Assembly: GCA_050012475.1 (NCBI GenBank)
Contig: JBEKHC010000047.1
Span: 1-37,441, forward strand
DNA from: Candidatus Velthaea sp.
GTDB taxonomy: Bacteria > Vulcanimicrobiota > Vulcanimicrobiia > Vulcanimicrobiales > Vulcanimicrobiaceae
Reading direction: 5' to 3'
Length of the DNA: 37,441 nt
This document shows, piece by piece, positions 20,225-29,399 of this stretch. Both the position numbers and the translations under genes were made by a program. Below the pieces are notes generated by a model. The model was not told where the DNA came from. It saw only the letters and a program-made list of their open reading frames with translations, and ran no database searches. Position 1 is the stretch's first letter. Every line of letters begins with the position of its first letter.

Positions 20225-20869
20225 TCAGGCGATCCCCGATTTGAAGGCGTGGGCGACGACCTGGGTCCGGCCGGTGATCTGGAGGTTGGCAAAGATCCGG
20301 CTGAGGTGATTTTTGATCGTCTTTTCGGACAGGTCCAACGACGAGCTGATCTCCTTGTTGGACATCCCCTCGGCGATGAGCTTGACGATTTGCAATTCGC
20401 GGTAGGATAGCGCGCTGAGCTTGCGGACGTTCTGTCCGCGGCTGCGCGTTTTGAGCAGGTACCCGCCGACGCGCGGATCGACATAGGTTGCCCCGCCCGC
20501 AATCGTTTTGATCGCCCGCACGAGCTCGCTTGGTTCGACATCTTTGATGGTGTAGCCGTCGGCGCCCGCGTCGAAGACGCGCTGCAGCAGATCCGGATGC
20601 GTATGGCACGAGATCACGCACAGGCGCGAGTTCGGAACGGCCTCCTTGCAAACCGCGATGGTTTCGACCATGTCCGAAGCGCCGTGCTCGTTGCCCAGCA
20701 AGATGACGTCGGGGCACACCGTCCGCAGCAGCAAGGCTTTGACGCGTTGCGAGCTGCCGACGACGTTGAGCTCTTCGTCGACGGCGAACAAGTGTCCCAA
20801 AGCCTTCGCGATGAGCGGTTGCGGGTCGACGATGAAGAGTCGAATTTGCCGGGCTTGAACGGTTACCAC
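20225..20869 (-). CDS. NarL/LuxR-family regulator with atypical receiver domain, paralog 1
   Basis: LuxR HTH LSYRELQIVKLIAEGMSNKEI...LSEKTIKNHLSRIF; GTG 20869 chosen by alignment with paralog 2 (both 214 aa). Confidence 0.9.
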   Translation of the reverse strand: MVTVQARQIRLFIVDPQPLIAKALGHLFAVDEELNVVGSSQRVKALLLRTVCPDVILLGNEHGASDMVETIAVCKEAVPNSRLCVISCHTHPDLLQRVFDAGADGYTIKDVEPSELVRAIKTIAGGATYVDPRVGGYLLKTRSRGQNVRKLSALSYRELQIVKLIAEGMSNKEISSSLDLSEKTIKNHLSRIFANLQITGRTQVVAHAFKSGIA

Positions 20870-21105
20870 GAAAAAACCCGTCTTTCTTGGGTGCTTGCGA
20901 AACGTTGTGGTCTGCGTATGGCCTCGCTGCACGCGCACAGCCGCCGCGACCCTTGCCTTGCATTGTAAGTCAGCGATGCCTGATACCTTCATACCCCAAC
21001 CAGGACAATCGAATTGGTATAAACGTCCCTTTGTTTCTGCATTCGCAGGCAGGATTGCGGCAATCGACGTCATTTCGGGGCCGGCGCGGAACCCGACGAG
21101 CGCGT

Positions 21106-22446
21106 TCACGCGACCCGATGGAACAAGAACTCGAGGCCGGTCTTCACGATGATCTGTGCGTCAAGGAGCGGGGACCACTCGACCAAGTAAATCAAGTCGC
21201 CTTCAAGTTTGAGCGAGACATCGTTGGTCGCGAGGATGCGGGACATCGAAATCTGCGACCACCCGGTGATTCCCGGCGCCACCAAGTGGCGTTCGTCGTA
21301 GCGCGGCAGCGCGCTTCTGAAGCGTTCGACGAAATGCGGGCGCTCCGGGCGCGGGCCGACCAGCGACATCTCGCCCCGCACGACATTGATGAGCTGCGGC
21401 AGCTCGTCGATGCTCGTGCGGCGCAGGAAACGGCCGACGCGCGTTGCGCGCGGCCGCGCCGGATCGGCCCAGACCGGTCCGGTCTGGGCCTCGGCATCAA
21501 CGGACATCGACCGGAGCTTGAGCATCTCGAAGGGAACGCCGTGCTTGCCGACCCGTGTTTGACGATAGATCACCGGTCCCGGCGAATCCAGCTTGATCGC
21601 CAACGCACAGATTGCCAAAAGCGGACTGACGGCGACGAGCGACGGGATCGCCAGCGTAAGATCCAAAACCCGTTTGAAGAGCTGGGCGGCGGGCGTGCAG
21701 ATCGGCAGCGGGCGCGGGCACAGCAAGGTCAAGTCGCCTTCGCGCTCGAGGTGCATATCGTAGCCGTGCGGCCGCAAGCGTGTCGGTGCGATGCCGAGGC
21801 TGATGTTATGACGTTGCGCGATGTCGATCAGTTGTGGGAGGCGCTCGGCGGGGAGTTCTTCGGTGAGAATGACGCGGCTCGCGCGCCATTCGATCGCGCT
21901 CTGAAGCCAGCGCGGCAGGGCTTCGGCGTCAACGACAGCCGAATGGAACGGCGCCGCGGGCAGTCGCAGAAGGGCGTCCTCACGGCGCGGCCGCAGGTGC
22001 ATGAGGGCTCGGTCGATACGGTCGGGCCGGCCGACGACAGCCAGCCGGCGGGGCGTGCGATAGTGATGGACGAGCGTCCGGCTCGCGGCGATGCCGATGA
22101 AAGCGATGCTCGCGAACTGTGCCAGTGCGGTTCTGCCGTACCAGAATGCCGGCCAGAAGAACGTGCAAACGATCAGCGGTGCAACGACGATGCCCAAGGC
22201 CGCACCGACCTCGTACCATTCATCGCGCATCGTTCCGCCGAACGAGCGCCGGTAGGTGCCCGACAGCGCGAGACTGCCCAGGGCGGCGACGGCTGCCGCC
22301 CAAAGCGCGGTCACCGGGATGCCGCCGGCGCACGCGGCGATCCCGCCGGCAAATCCCAGAAACACGCTGTCGCTCATCACGAGCGACGCCGTGAGGGTTC
22401 GGCTGTGCCTCCGTGGCGATGCGAACGTCGCGACTGCTGATGACAT
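21106..22446 (-). CDS. Priming phosphoglycosyl transferase (WcaJ/WbaP-like), paralog 2
   Basis: Same motifs as paralog 1; ATG 22446 gives 446 aa, the same length as paralog 1. Confidence 0.92.
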   Translation of the reverse strand: MSSAVATFASPRRHSRTLTASLVMSDSVFLGFAGGIAACAGGIPVTALWAAAVAALGSLALSGTYRRSFGGTMRDEWYEVGAALGIVVAPLIVCTFFWPAFWYGRTALAQFASIAFIGIAASRTLVHHYRTPRRLAVVGRPDRIDRALMHLRPRREDALLRLPAAPFHSAVVDAEALPRWLQSAIEWRASRVILTEELPAERLPQLIDIAQRHNISLGIAPTRLRPHGYDMHLEREGDLTLLCPRPLPICTPAAQLFKRVLDLTLAIPSLVAVSPLLAICALAIKLDSPGPVIYRQTRVGKHGVPFEMLKLRSMSVDAEAQTGPVWADPARPRATRVGRFLRRTSIDELPQLINVVRGEMSLVGPRPERPHFVERFRSALPRYDERHLVAPGITGWSQISMSRILATNDVSLKLEGDLIYLVEWSPLLDAQIIVKTGLEFLFHRVA

Positions 22447-22524
22447 CAGCACCAAGTATCACACCCGTGGGGACACGGGCATACAGCGCTGTGCTCTGCT
22501 AACGTTGGGCCGCAGGTCCCACCT

Positions 22525-22581
22525 GGATTGCGCTTCGCGCAATCCGTGGCGTTTGCGGCTGCGCCGCAAGCCGCGGTGGCG
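22525..22581. repeat. REP-like element, copy C (just past the wzy-like stop)
   Basis: Hairpins GGATTGCGC-TTC-GCGCAATCC and TTGCGGC-TGC-GCCGCAA; 29 bp shared with copy A. Confidence 0.72.
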
Positions 22582-22584
22582 TGA

Positions 22585-24084
22585 CTATGTGGCGGCGGCT
22601 AACTCGCGATCGAAGCGCGCTTTATCGGCTTCGGACAAGCTCGGGGCCGCCGGAGCGGCCGGCGCTTGCGCGCGCGCGTACTGGCGAGCGAGCGCAGCGA
22701 GCATGAATGCTTCCCAGGTGTATTTGTACCACATGATGTCCAAAAAGAATGACGATACGAACAGCGCCAGCGTCGCTCCCTCGATGGCCAAGCGTAAGTC
22801 GTCGTACGGGGAACCGGCTTTCGTTCCTGCCAACGATCGAAATTGCGTCCACCAGGCGAATACCACGAGGCCGAGTCCGACGATGCCCAATTCGACCGAC
22901 GTTTGGGCGACCAGGTTGTGGGCTACGATGTGCCATTCAACGTAGGTTCCGTGGTTGACGTCGAACCACGAACGGTCGTATGCATCCTGAAAACTTCCGA
23001 TGCCGGTACCGACCAACCACGCCTTGCGAAATGCTGCATACGCTGTTCGCCAAACAAAGGTCCGGCCGGCCCCGCCGGTGCTGAGCGCCAGCGCGAAACG
23101 AGCCGACATCGTGCTGGTCACGACGATTGCCGCGATGCTGCCCAGGACGAACAACTGAATGCGGTAGCGCGAGCGAAGCGCAAAGTACAGCAGCATCGCA
23201 CAAGTCGCCATCAGGCCGCCGCGCGATCCGGAGATGATGAAGCCGCTGCCGATGGTACAGACGATCGCGAGCATCGCGAGCTTCGTGAGTCCGAAGCGCA
23301 AGCGAAGAAAGACGATCAAAGCGATTGCGAACGGCACGAGCAGGGCCGCCGCAAAATGATTCGGGTCGATTTGCTGATCGCCGGCTTGCATGAAGATGCG
23401 ATTGTCGCGGCTGACATTGATGGTGTGCAGGAACAGATAGTCGCCGTAGATCGCCGCGCAAATCGCGCCGACGATCGACGCCGCGAGCACGGCCAGGAAG
23501 TGGCTCCATTTCACCGGCACGATTGCGATGACGGCGAAGAGCATGTAGAGTTGCGCGTAGCGCACGAGAAAATCCAAGGAGACGCTTGGATCGATGGCCC
23601 ACATCGTCGAGGCCGCCAGCAGGAGCATCCACAATCCCCAGATCGCAACCGAACGCCCCGGCCTTAGAAGCTGTTTCTTGATCAATAACTGGCCCAGCAA
23701 AGCGCAGGCAGAAGTCGCGGCAAGGATGCGCGCCGCCGAGCCGAGCGGACCGCTCAGCGAGAGATTCTCGAACGGGATGAACGCCATGTAAAGGCAAAAC
23801 GGGAAGATCAACGGCGCGCGCAGGGCCGCGACAAACGCAAACGGCGCAATCGGCAGCACAATTGCCGCGACCAGCAGCAGCGTGCTTTGCGCACGAAGAC
23901 CGACCGCCATCGCGAACAAACACAGCGTGCCGTACGCCGCGACGGCCGCCATGACCACGATCTTCTTTCTCTTCGAGCCCAATGCCCGAATGGCGAGAGC
24001 GCTCATCCGCATCGAAGCGTTCTGCCAAAGCTGCGCTCGCGTCCGAGCCCGGCGCATCAAGCTTACCAGCGCCGTGTCTATCAC
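22585..24084 (-). CDS. O-antigen ligase/Wzy-type polymerase family membrane protein
   Basis: Many TM helices; DPNHFA, SGSRGG, GTGIGSF, AHN...VELGIVG (Wzy_C motifs). Start codon uncertain. Confidence 0.88.
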   Translation of the reverse strand: MIDTALVSLMRRARTRAQLWQNASMRMSALAIRALGSKRKKIVVMAAVAAYGTLCLFAMAVGLRAQSTLLLVAAIVLPIAPFAFVAALRAPLIFPFCLYMAFIPFENLSLSGPLGSAARILAATSACALLGQLLIKKQLLRPGRSVAIWGLWMLLLAASTMWAIDPSVSLDFLVRYAQLYMLFAVIAIVPVKWSHFLAVLAASIVGAICAAIYGDYLFLHTINVSRDNRIFMQAGDQQIDPNHFAAALLVPFAIALIVFLRLRFGLTKLAMLAIVCTIGSGFIISGSRGGLMATCAMLLYFALRSRYRIQLFVLGSIAAIVVTSTMSARFALALSTGGAGRTFVWRTAYAAFRKAWLVGTGIGSFQDAYDRSWFDVNHGTYVEWHIVAHNLVAQTSVELGIVGLGLVVFAWWTQFRSLAGTKAGSPYDDLRLAIEGATLALFVSSFFLDIMWYKYTWEAFMLAALARQYARAQAPAAPAAPSLSEADKARFDRELAAAT

Positions 24085-24786
24085 TGTGATCTCAGTATAA
24101 GAGACCGAGCCGGGCGGCTCATTGGGACCGATGCCCCAACTTACGGGCAGCTCTTCCTCAAGCAGCCCGGCCGGCTGACGCCGCGCAATGCACGTCGGCG
24201 CTACAGCCCGGCGGGGCGGCGGCCCCCAGCGGCGCCGCCGAAACTCGCGGAAAACAGGGCGTCAGCTCCCGTCGCACGGACTGAACGACCCTTGAGGCGC
24301 GTTTAAGCCAAAAAAAACGCTCGGCGACGGTACGAAGGTACGATTTCGGCAGGCGCCGGGAGCGGCTCGCGCAAACGTGCTCGTCCAGCGGTTAATTTTG
24401 CTTTACAAACGCGTAGACGAGAAGGGAGCGCCAGTGAGGCAATCCTTGGTCCTTATGACCCAATTTGGTCACCGTGCTCGTCCCTTTTCGATCCTACCAA
24501 CGACCCAGTACCATAGCGGCACGACCGGTGAGCCGGAAGGTTAAACGCGCGATGCCAGGCGCAACGGGTCGATCCTCGCGATTCACTTTCGGTGCGCCGA
24601 GACTGAGGCCGGAGGCTTTGTATAAGGAAACCATCAGGGACCGACCTTTGAGCGAGTTTGCTGACGTGCTCTGTCGCGACGAAATCCGCCCATGTCGAGG
24701 ACAGCTGCCGACGCCGTAGCCGATTCTCGCATCATGCTCGCCCACACGAATTCCCGAAAAGCCAGAATGAGAGGGCATCTTTACCC

Positions 24787-25431
24787 GTGCTTTCGTTACA
24801 GCCGCGCCTTATTCGCCTCTTCATTATCGATCCGCAACCGCTCATCGCCGCCGCACTTTCACATCTCTTGGAAGCCAACGAATACCTCAACGTTGTGGGA
24901 TCGGCACAATCGGTCAAAGCCCTTACCCTGCGGACGGTATGTCCCGATGTGGTTCTGCTGGGGCATGCTCACGGTTCGAGCGATATCTGCGAGATGGTTG
25001 CGGTCTGCAAGGAATCCGTGCCGTCGACGAATGTCTGCGTTATGTCGTGCCACCCGCATCCGGAGATGCTGCAGCGGGTCATCGACGCCGGCGCCGCCGG
25101 CTATATGATCAAGGACGCGCAGCCGAGCGAACTGATCGAAGCGATAAAGATGATCGCCGTCGGCGCGACGTACGTCGATCCCCGCGCCGGCGGTTTACTC
25201 CTGAAGATGCACGGTCGGACGCGGCGCCCCGGTCAGATCAACGCCCTGTCGAATCGTGAGATTCAAGTCGTCCGGCTTATCGCCGGAGGCTTCTCGAACA
25301 AAGAGATCGGCGCGACACTTTCGCTGTCGGAGAAAACTATCAAAAACCACATTAGCCGAATCTTTTCCAAGCTGCAAGTAACGGGGCGCACGCAACTCGT
25401 GATTCACGCCATCAAGACGGGCATCGCTTAA
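24787..25431 (+). CDS. NarL/LuxR-family regulator with atypical receiver domain, paralog 2
   Basis: LSNREIQVVRLIAGGFSNKEIGATLSLSEKTIKNHISRIF; GTG 24787 (GAGAGGG upstream), 214 aa. Confidence 0.9.
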   Translation: MLSLQPRLIRLFIIDPQPLIAAALSHLLEANEYLNVVGSAQSVKALTLRTVCPDVVLLGHAHGSSDICEMVAVCKESVPSTNVCVMSCHPHPEMLQRVIDAGAAGYMIKDAQPSELIEAIKMIAVGATYVDPRAGGLLLKMHGRTRRPGQINALSNREIQVVRLIAGGFSNKEIGATLSLSEKTIKNHISRIFSKLQVTGRTQLVIHAIKTGIA

Positions 25432-25571
25432 CAGGATTCGCGGCGCTGAACGCGCCGCGAATCCATGGCGTTTGGCGCTTCGCGCCAAGCCGCTCGCGGC
25501 GCTGAACGGGCCGCGAATCCATGGCTTTGGCGCTTCGCGCCAAGCCGCGGCGGCATTTGCGCTGCGCCGCA
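25432..25571. repeat. REP-like element, copy B, partly tandem-duplicated (between convergent luxR2 and wzc)
   Basis: Starts directly after TAA; the unit TCGCGGCGCTGAACG.GCCGCGAATCCATGGC..TTGGCGCTTCGCGCCAAGCCGC occurs twice; 41 bp identical to copy A. Confidence 0.8.
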
Positions 25572-25596
25572 GGGGCGTGAGCGGTTCGAGGTGCCG

Positions 25597-27744
25597 TCAG
25601 CTCAGCAGACTCAGCGCGCTGTCGGATTTTTCGCTTTCGAGGCGATACGCCGACGCCTGTGGGATACGTTTGGGATTGACCCGGTTGAGAACGACGCCCA
25701 GCGTGTTTTTCACCCCGAAGCGCGCGAGCAGGGCGACGGTCTTCGAGGCGGCGGACATGTCGGTCTGGTTGCTCGACACCACCAGCACGCTGCCGTCGGT
25801 CTTCGCCGCGAGGACCACCCCGTCAACATAGCCGTCGGTCGCGGGTGTATCGATGATGATGCAGGTGTAGCGGCGGCCGGCGGCGGCCAGCAGTTCGTCC
25901 ATCCGGTTCGAGCGAAAAAGCTTGACCGGGTTGGGCGCGCGCGTCCCGCTGGAGATGAAGTCGACGCCCGGATTCGACGTCCGATGGATGACCTCGTCGA
26001 GACGCACCCGGCCGACGAGCAGATCGGAAAGACCGACGCCGTTGCGCAAGTTGAGCATCGAATGGAGTCGAGGCTGGCGAAAATCGCAGTCGATGATCAG
26101 GACCGGCGGCTCCAGTTCGCCCATCGCGATCGCGGCGTTCAAGGCGATCGTGGACTTGCCGTCGCCCGAGGCCGGGCTGACGAACGTGATCGTTTTGAGC
26201 GGGCCGTCCGAGGAATAGCGCAGGGAGGTCGCCAGCTGGAGAAATGACTCGATCGTGATGTTGCGCAGGCGGTTGTACGATTCGCCCTTGGCATCGGTTC
26301 GCGCAACGACGGGGATCGCGCCCAGGGTGGGCAGTTGTAGCCGGTCCGCGATATCCGCTTCGTTCTTGAGCGTGCTGTCGAAGAAATTGATCGAGAAGGC
26401 GGCGCCTAGCGAGACGATGAGGCCGATCACGGTTCCGATGACGAGATTGAGCATCAGGTCCGGCGTGACTTTGGCCCGATCGGCGCTTGCCGGCTGGGTG
26501 ATCTGAACGTCGCTGGGCGCGGTCGTGCGCAGCACGGCGGCTTCCTGATACTTTTGCTGGAGCGCGTTGTAGACGTCTTGCGCCGATTTTGCCTCGTGCT
26601 GCAGGTCCACCAGCCGCGCCGTCGTCGCCGGCAGATTCGCGATTTGCGGCTGCAGCGCTCCGCGTTGCCGCCGGAGTTCGACGAGATCGGCGTTGCTCGC
26701 AGCGATCTGGGACGTAAGCTGGGCGATCTGCGACTCGAGCTGCGCGTGCACGGGATTCGGAACCACGTTCTCCGAGGCAACCACGCGCACGGGCAGCGTC
26801 GCAATCTCGGTCTCGAGCTGTTGCTTCTGCGAGATCAGGTTCTGAACGCCGACGTAGTTGTCGGTATACTCGCGGCGCATCGTGGCGAGCTGCACCGTGA
26901 CGGTTGCGAGCTGGTTCTGAAGCTGCGCGGCGATCGGATTCGGAATCGTCGTTTGTCCGCCGTTGCCCGCCGACTCGTACTTGCCGAGTTCAATGCCATC
27001 GATTGCCAGCTGAGCGCGCGCATGCTTGAGCTCGAGCTGCGTCTGCGCGACCTTCGAATCGTTCGCAGCCAACTGCACGATGATCCCTTGGGTCTGCGAG
27101 TTGATGTCGATGATCCCATGGGACGCCGAGAAGCGCGCCAGTGCGGCGTTTGCTTGATGCATGCGGTTTTCCGCGCCCGGGAGTTCCTTGCTCAGGAAAT
27201 CGATCGAAGAAGCCGCTTGCGACGAGATCAACTCGCGCTCGCGGTCGACGAAGACCTTGACGAACTCGTTGGCGATCGCCGCTGCGGTCGCGGCGTCGTT
27301 CCAATCGGCGGTGACCGTAATGATCGAGGTATTGGTCAACGGCTTCACGGCCAGATGGCCGAGCAGCGAGTCGGGACCGACGGAGAGCTTGAGGTTGTCG
27401 CGGACGCGCTGCGCGATCGGCGTTTGCTGGATCAGGTCGGAATAGGTTTCCGGAGATTGACCGTTCGCCGCGATCAACGCGTCGAGGACCGGCGACTTCA
27501 CGTCGGCGCTCGTGCTCGATGAGCCGGTAGCCTGACCGGTGAGCAGTTTGGCCTCGGTCGCGTATTTCTTGGGCGTCAGCAGCGTGATGACGAGGCTGGC
27601 GAGGATGAAGACGGCGAGCGTCGCGAGCACGATCCAGCGCCGCGCGTAGACAATGGAGAAGAAGGCTTTGACTTCTTTTCCATCGCGCTGTTCGGGCGGG
27701 CTGCCGACACCACTGTTGAGAGAATTCATCAATGAGGGGTTCAA
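25597..27744 (-). CDS. wzc: Polysaccharide co-polymerase / BY-kinase (Wzc/GumC family)
   Basis: Wzz-like N-terminal TM with TPKKYATEAKL, coiled-coil domain, second TM, Walker A SPASGDGKST, A' IIDCDFRQP, B IIDTP. Alternative start ATG 27729. Confidence 0.92.
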   Translation of the reverse strand: MNPSLMNSLNSGVGSPPEQRDGKEVKAFFSIVYARRWIVLATLAVFILASLVITLLTPKKYATEAKLLTGQATGSSSTSADVKSPVLDALIAANGQSPETYSDLIQQTPIAQRVRDNLKLSVGPDSLLGHLAVKPLTNTSIITVTADWNDAATAAAIANEFVKVFVDRERELISSQAASSIDFLSKELPGAENRMHQANAALARFSASHGIIDINSQTQGIIVQLAANDSKVAQTQLELKHARAQLAIDGIELGKYESAGNGGQTTIPNPIAAQLQNQLATVTVQLATMRREYTDNYVGVQNLISQKQQLETEIATLPVRVVASENVVPNPVHAQLESQIAQLTSQIAASNADLVELRRQRGALQPQIANLPATTARLVDLQHEAKSAQDVYNALQQKYQEAAVLRTTAPSDVQITQPASADRAKVTPDLMLNLVIGTVIGLIVSLGAAFSINFFDSTLKNEADIADRLQLPTLGAIPVVARTDAKGESYNRLRNITIESFLQLATSLRYSSDGPLKTITFVSPASGDGKSTIALNAAIAMGELEPPVLIIDCDFRQPRLHSMLNLRNGVGLSDLLVGRVRLDEVIHRTSNPGVDFISSGTRAPNPVKLFRSNRMDELLAAAGRRYTCIIIDTPATDGYVDGVVLAAKTDGSVLVVSSNQTDMSAASKTVALLARFGVKNTLGVVLNRVNPKRIPQASAYRLESEKSDSALSLLS

Positions 27745-27916
27745 CGGTCGGCTCGGCGGAGATCCGCCGCGCGACCGGAGAGAAGCTCCTTACAGGGCAT
27801 CGCCGCACGTCTCACGTGCCGAGTATAGCCGGTCGATGACCCGCGAACTACGTGCCGGCGCCTTATGAGGGAGGTCAACGGTCCTAATATCGGTTCCGAC
27901 CCAGGGCCCTAACACC

Positions 27917-29380
27917 TTGGTGCGGCGCTTCCGCATGCTGTACGATGTGGCCAGGCCTGTGCGCTCGTCCGACCTTTCTCTTGGGGTCGACGATACTCCG
28001 CCAGCGCCGGCCGGAAGGGGAAAACACTTGAACGCGCCGCCCGGTCCGGCGACGAGCGTGCCCAGCGGGCGGCAGTTGGTCGGCGACGGCTTCATCACGT
28101 TTCTGTGCCGCGTGCTCAGCATCGTCACCGCGCTGGCGATGAGTATCGTCACGGCGCGGTTTTTGGGCCCGATCGGCCGCGGCATCTACGTTACGCCGGC
28201 CGTCGACGCGGGAATCGCGGCGTCGTTCTTCGTCGGGCTGTCGACCGCCACGTCCTACCTGCTGCTCAACGTGCGCGCGGGACGGGGCGCGCTTCGTGCC
28301 ATCGCGCTTGCGGCGGTTCCGTTCGTTGCCGTCTGCACGGTGCTGGTGTTTGCCCTGGGCTGGTTCGGCCATCACGCTTGGGCGACCATCTACGCGGCGG
28401 CATCGCTGCCGCCCACGGCCATTTTTCTCATCGCGCAAGGCCTGTGCTATGGAACCAAGCGCGTGAAGATGGCAAATTATCTCGGTGTCAGCGGCTCGGT
28501 CTTCACGCCGATCGGAACCATCATCGGATTTCTGTGCGTGGGGCGCACGCCGTATGTGGTCATCACCGCGTGGCTGGTATCGCAAACGCTCATGGCGGTG
28601 TTCGGACTGGCGCTGATCTATCGTTACGGCAAACAACTGCCCCGCGATCGGGTATCGAATCTCGCGACGCTCGGCTTCGCGGCGCGGCTGGGCGGCGTCA
28701 GTCTCGTAACGCTGTTGGGCTACAATGCCGACGTGTATTTAACGGCGCTCCTTGCGGGGCCCAGCGTCCTGGGCATGTACACCATCGCCGTCTCGGGGGC
28801 GCAGGCGGTGCTGAGCGCAACGCAATCCGTTGCGACGACGACCGCCCCGCACGTCGGCAGCCTTTCGGACGACGATGCGCGCCGGCTCACGGCCCGGGCT
28901 GCCCGCAACAATGTCGCGATCGCGACGTCCGCCTGTGTGCTGATCGGTCTGGCCGCACCGCTGCTGGTGCACGTGGCGTTCGGCACCCGCTTCTTGCCCG
29001 CCGTGGGCGCCCTGCGCATCCTGCTCGTGGGCATGATCGCGATGTCGACGAGCGCGGTGCTATCCAACTATTTTACCCTGCGGCGGGGCCGGCCGGAGTT
29101 CTCGCTCTACGTCGCTGGGGCCGGCGCCGCGACGAGCATCTCGCTTAGCTTCGCGCTCATTCCGCGCCTGGGCATCATCGGGGCCGCGCTTTCGGTCACG
29201 ACCTCGTACATCGTGTCGGCGCTGCTGTTCTTGGCGGCGTTTCAACGCGACTCGGGCTTGCCGCCCAGCGAGATCCTGTTGCTGAAAAGTGCCGACGTGC
29301 GCGCGTACCGCCAGCTCGCCGGGCGGCTCGCGTTCGGGCTGCGCCGGCGGGTGGGTTTAGCCGCCGAGGCGCGCTCGTAG
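27917..29380 (+). CDS. wzx: Wzx-type oligosaccharide flippase
   Basis: TARFLGPIGRGIY, YNADVYL...LGMYTIA, FGTRF.PAVGALRIL, LIPRLGIIGAA. Start uncertain (TTG 27917 or ATG 27935). Confidence 0.85.
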   Translation: MVRRFRMLYDVARPVRSSDLSLGVDDTPPAPAGRGKHLNAPPGPATSVPSGRQLVGDGFITFLCRVLSIVTALAMSIVTARFLGPIGRGIYVTPAVDAGIAASFFVGLSTATSYLLLNVRAGRGALRAIALAAVPFVAVCTVLVFALGWFGHHAWATIYAAASLPPTAIFLIAQGLCYGTKRVKMANYLGVSGSVFTPIGTIIGFLCVGRTPYVVITAWLVSQTLMAVFGLALIYRYGKQLPRDRVSNLATLGFAARLGGVSLVTLLGYNADVYLTALLAGPSVLGMYTIAVSGAQAVLSATQSVATTTAPHVGSLSDDDARRLTARAARNNVAIATSACVLIGLAAPLLVHVAFGTRFLPAVGALRILLVGMIAMSTSAVLSNYFTLRRGRPEFSLYVAGAGAATSISLSFALIPRLGIIGAALSVTTSYIVSALLFLAAFQRDSGLPPSEILLLKSADVRAYRQLAGRLAFGLRRRVGLAAEARS

Positions 29381-29399
29381 CCCAGGCCGGCGGGCGCGA

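Noticed and set aside
24590..24665. Minus-strand ACAAAGCCTCCGGCCTCA resembling part of a c-di-GMP-I riboswitch
   Set aside because: No GNRA-capped P2, no GACGC junction and no complementary 3' strand for P3; only a short match. An Infernal scan would settle it.
25432..25571. CRISPR array
   Set aside because: Only two imperfect adjacent units, no unique spacers and no cas genes; better explained as REP-like.
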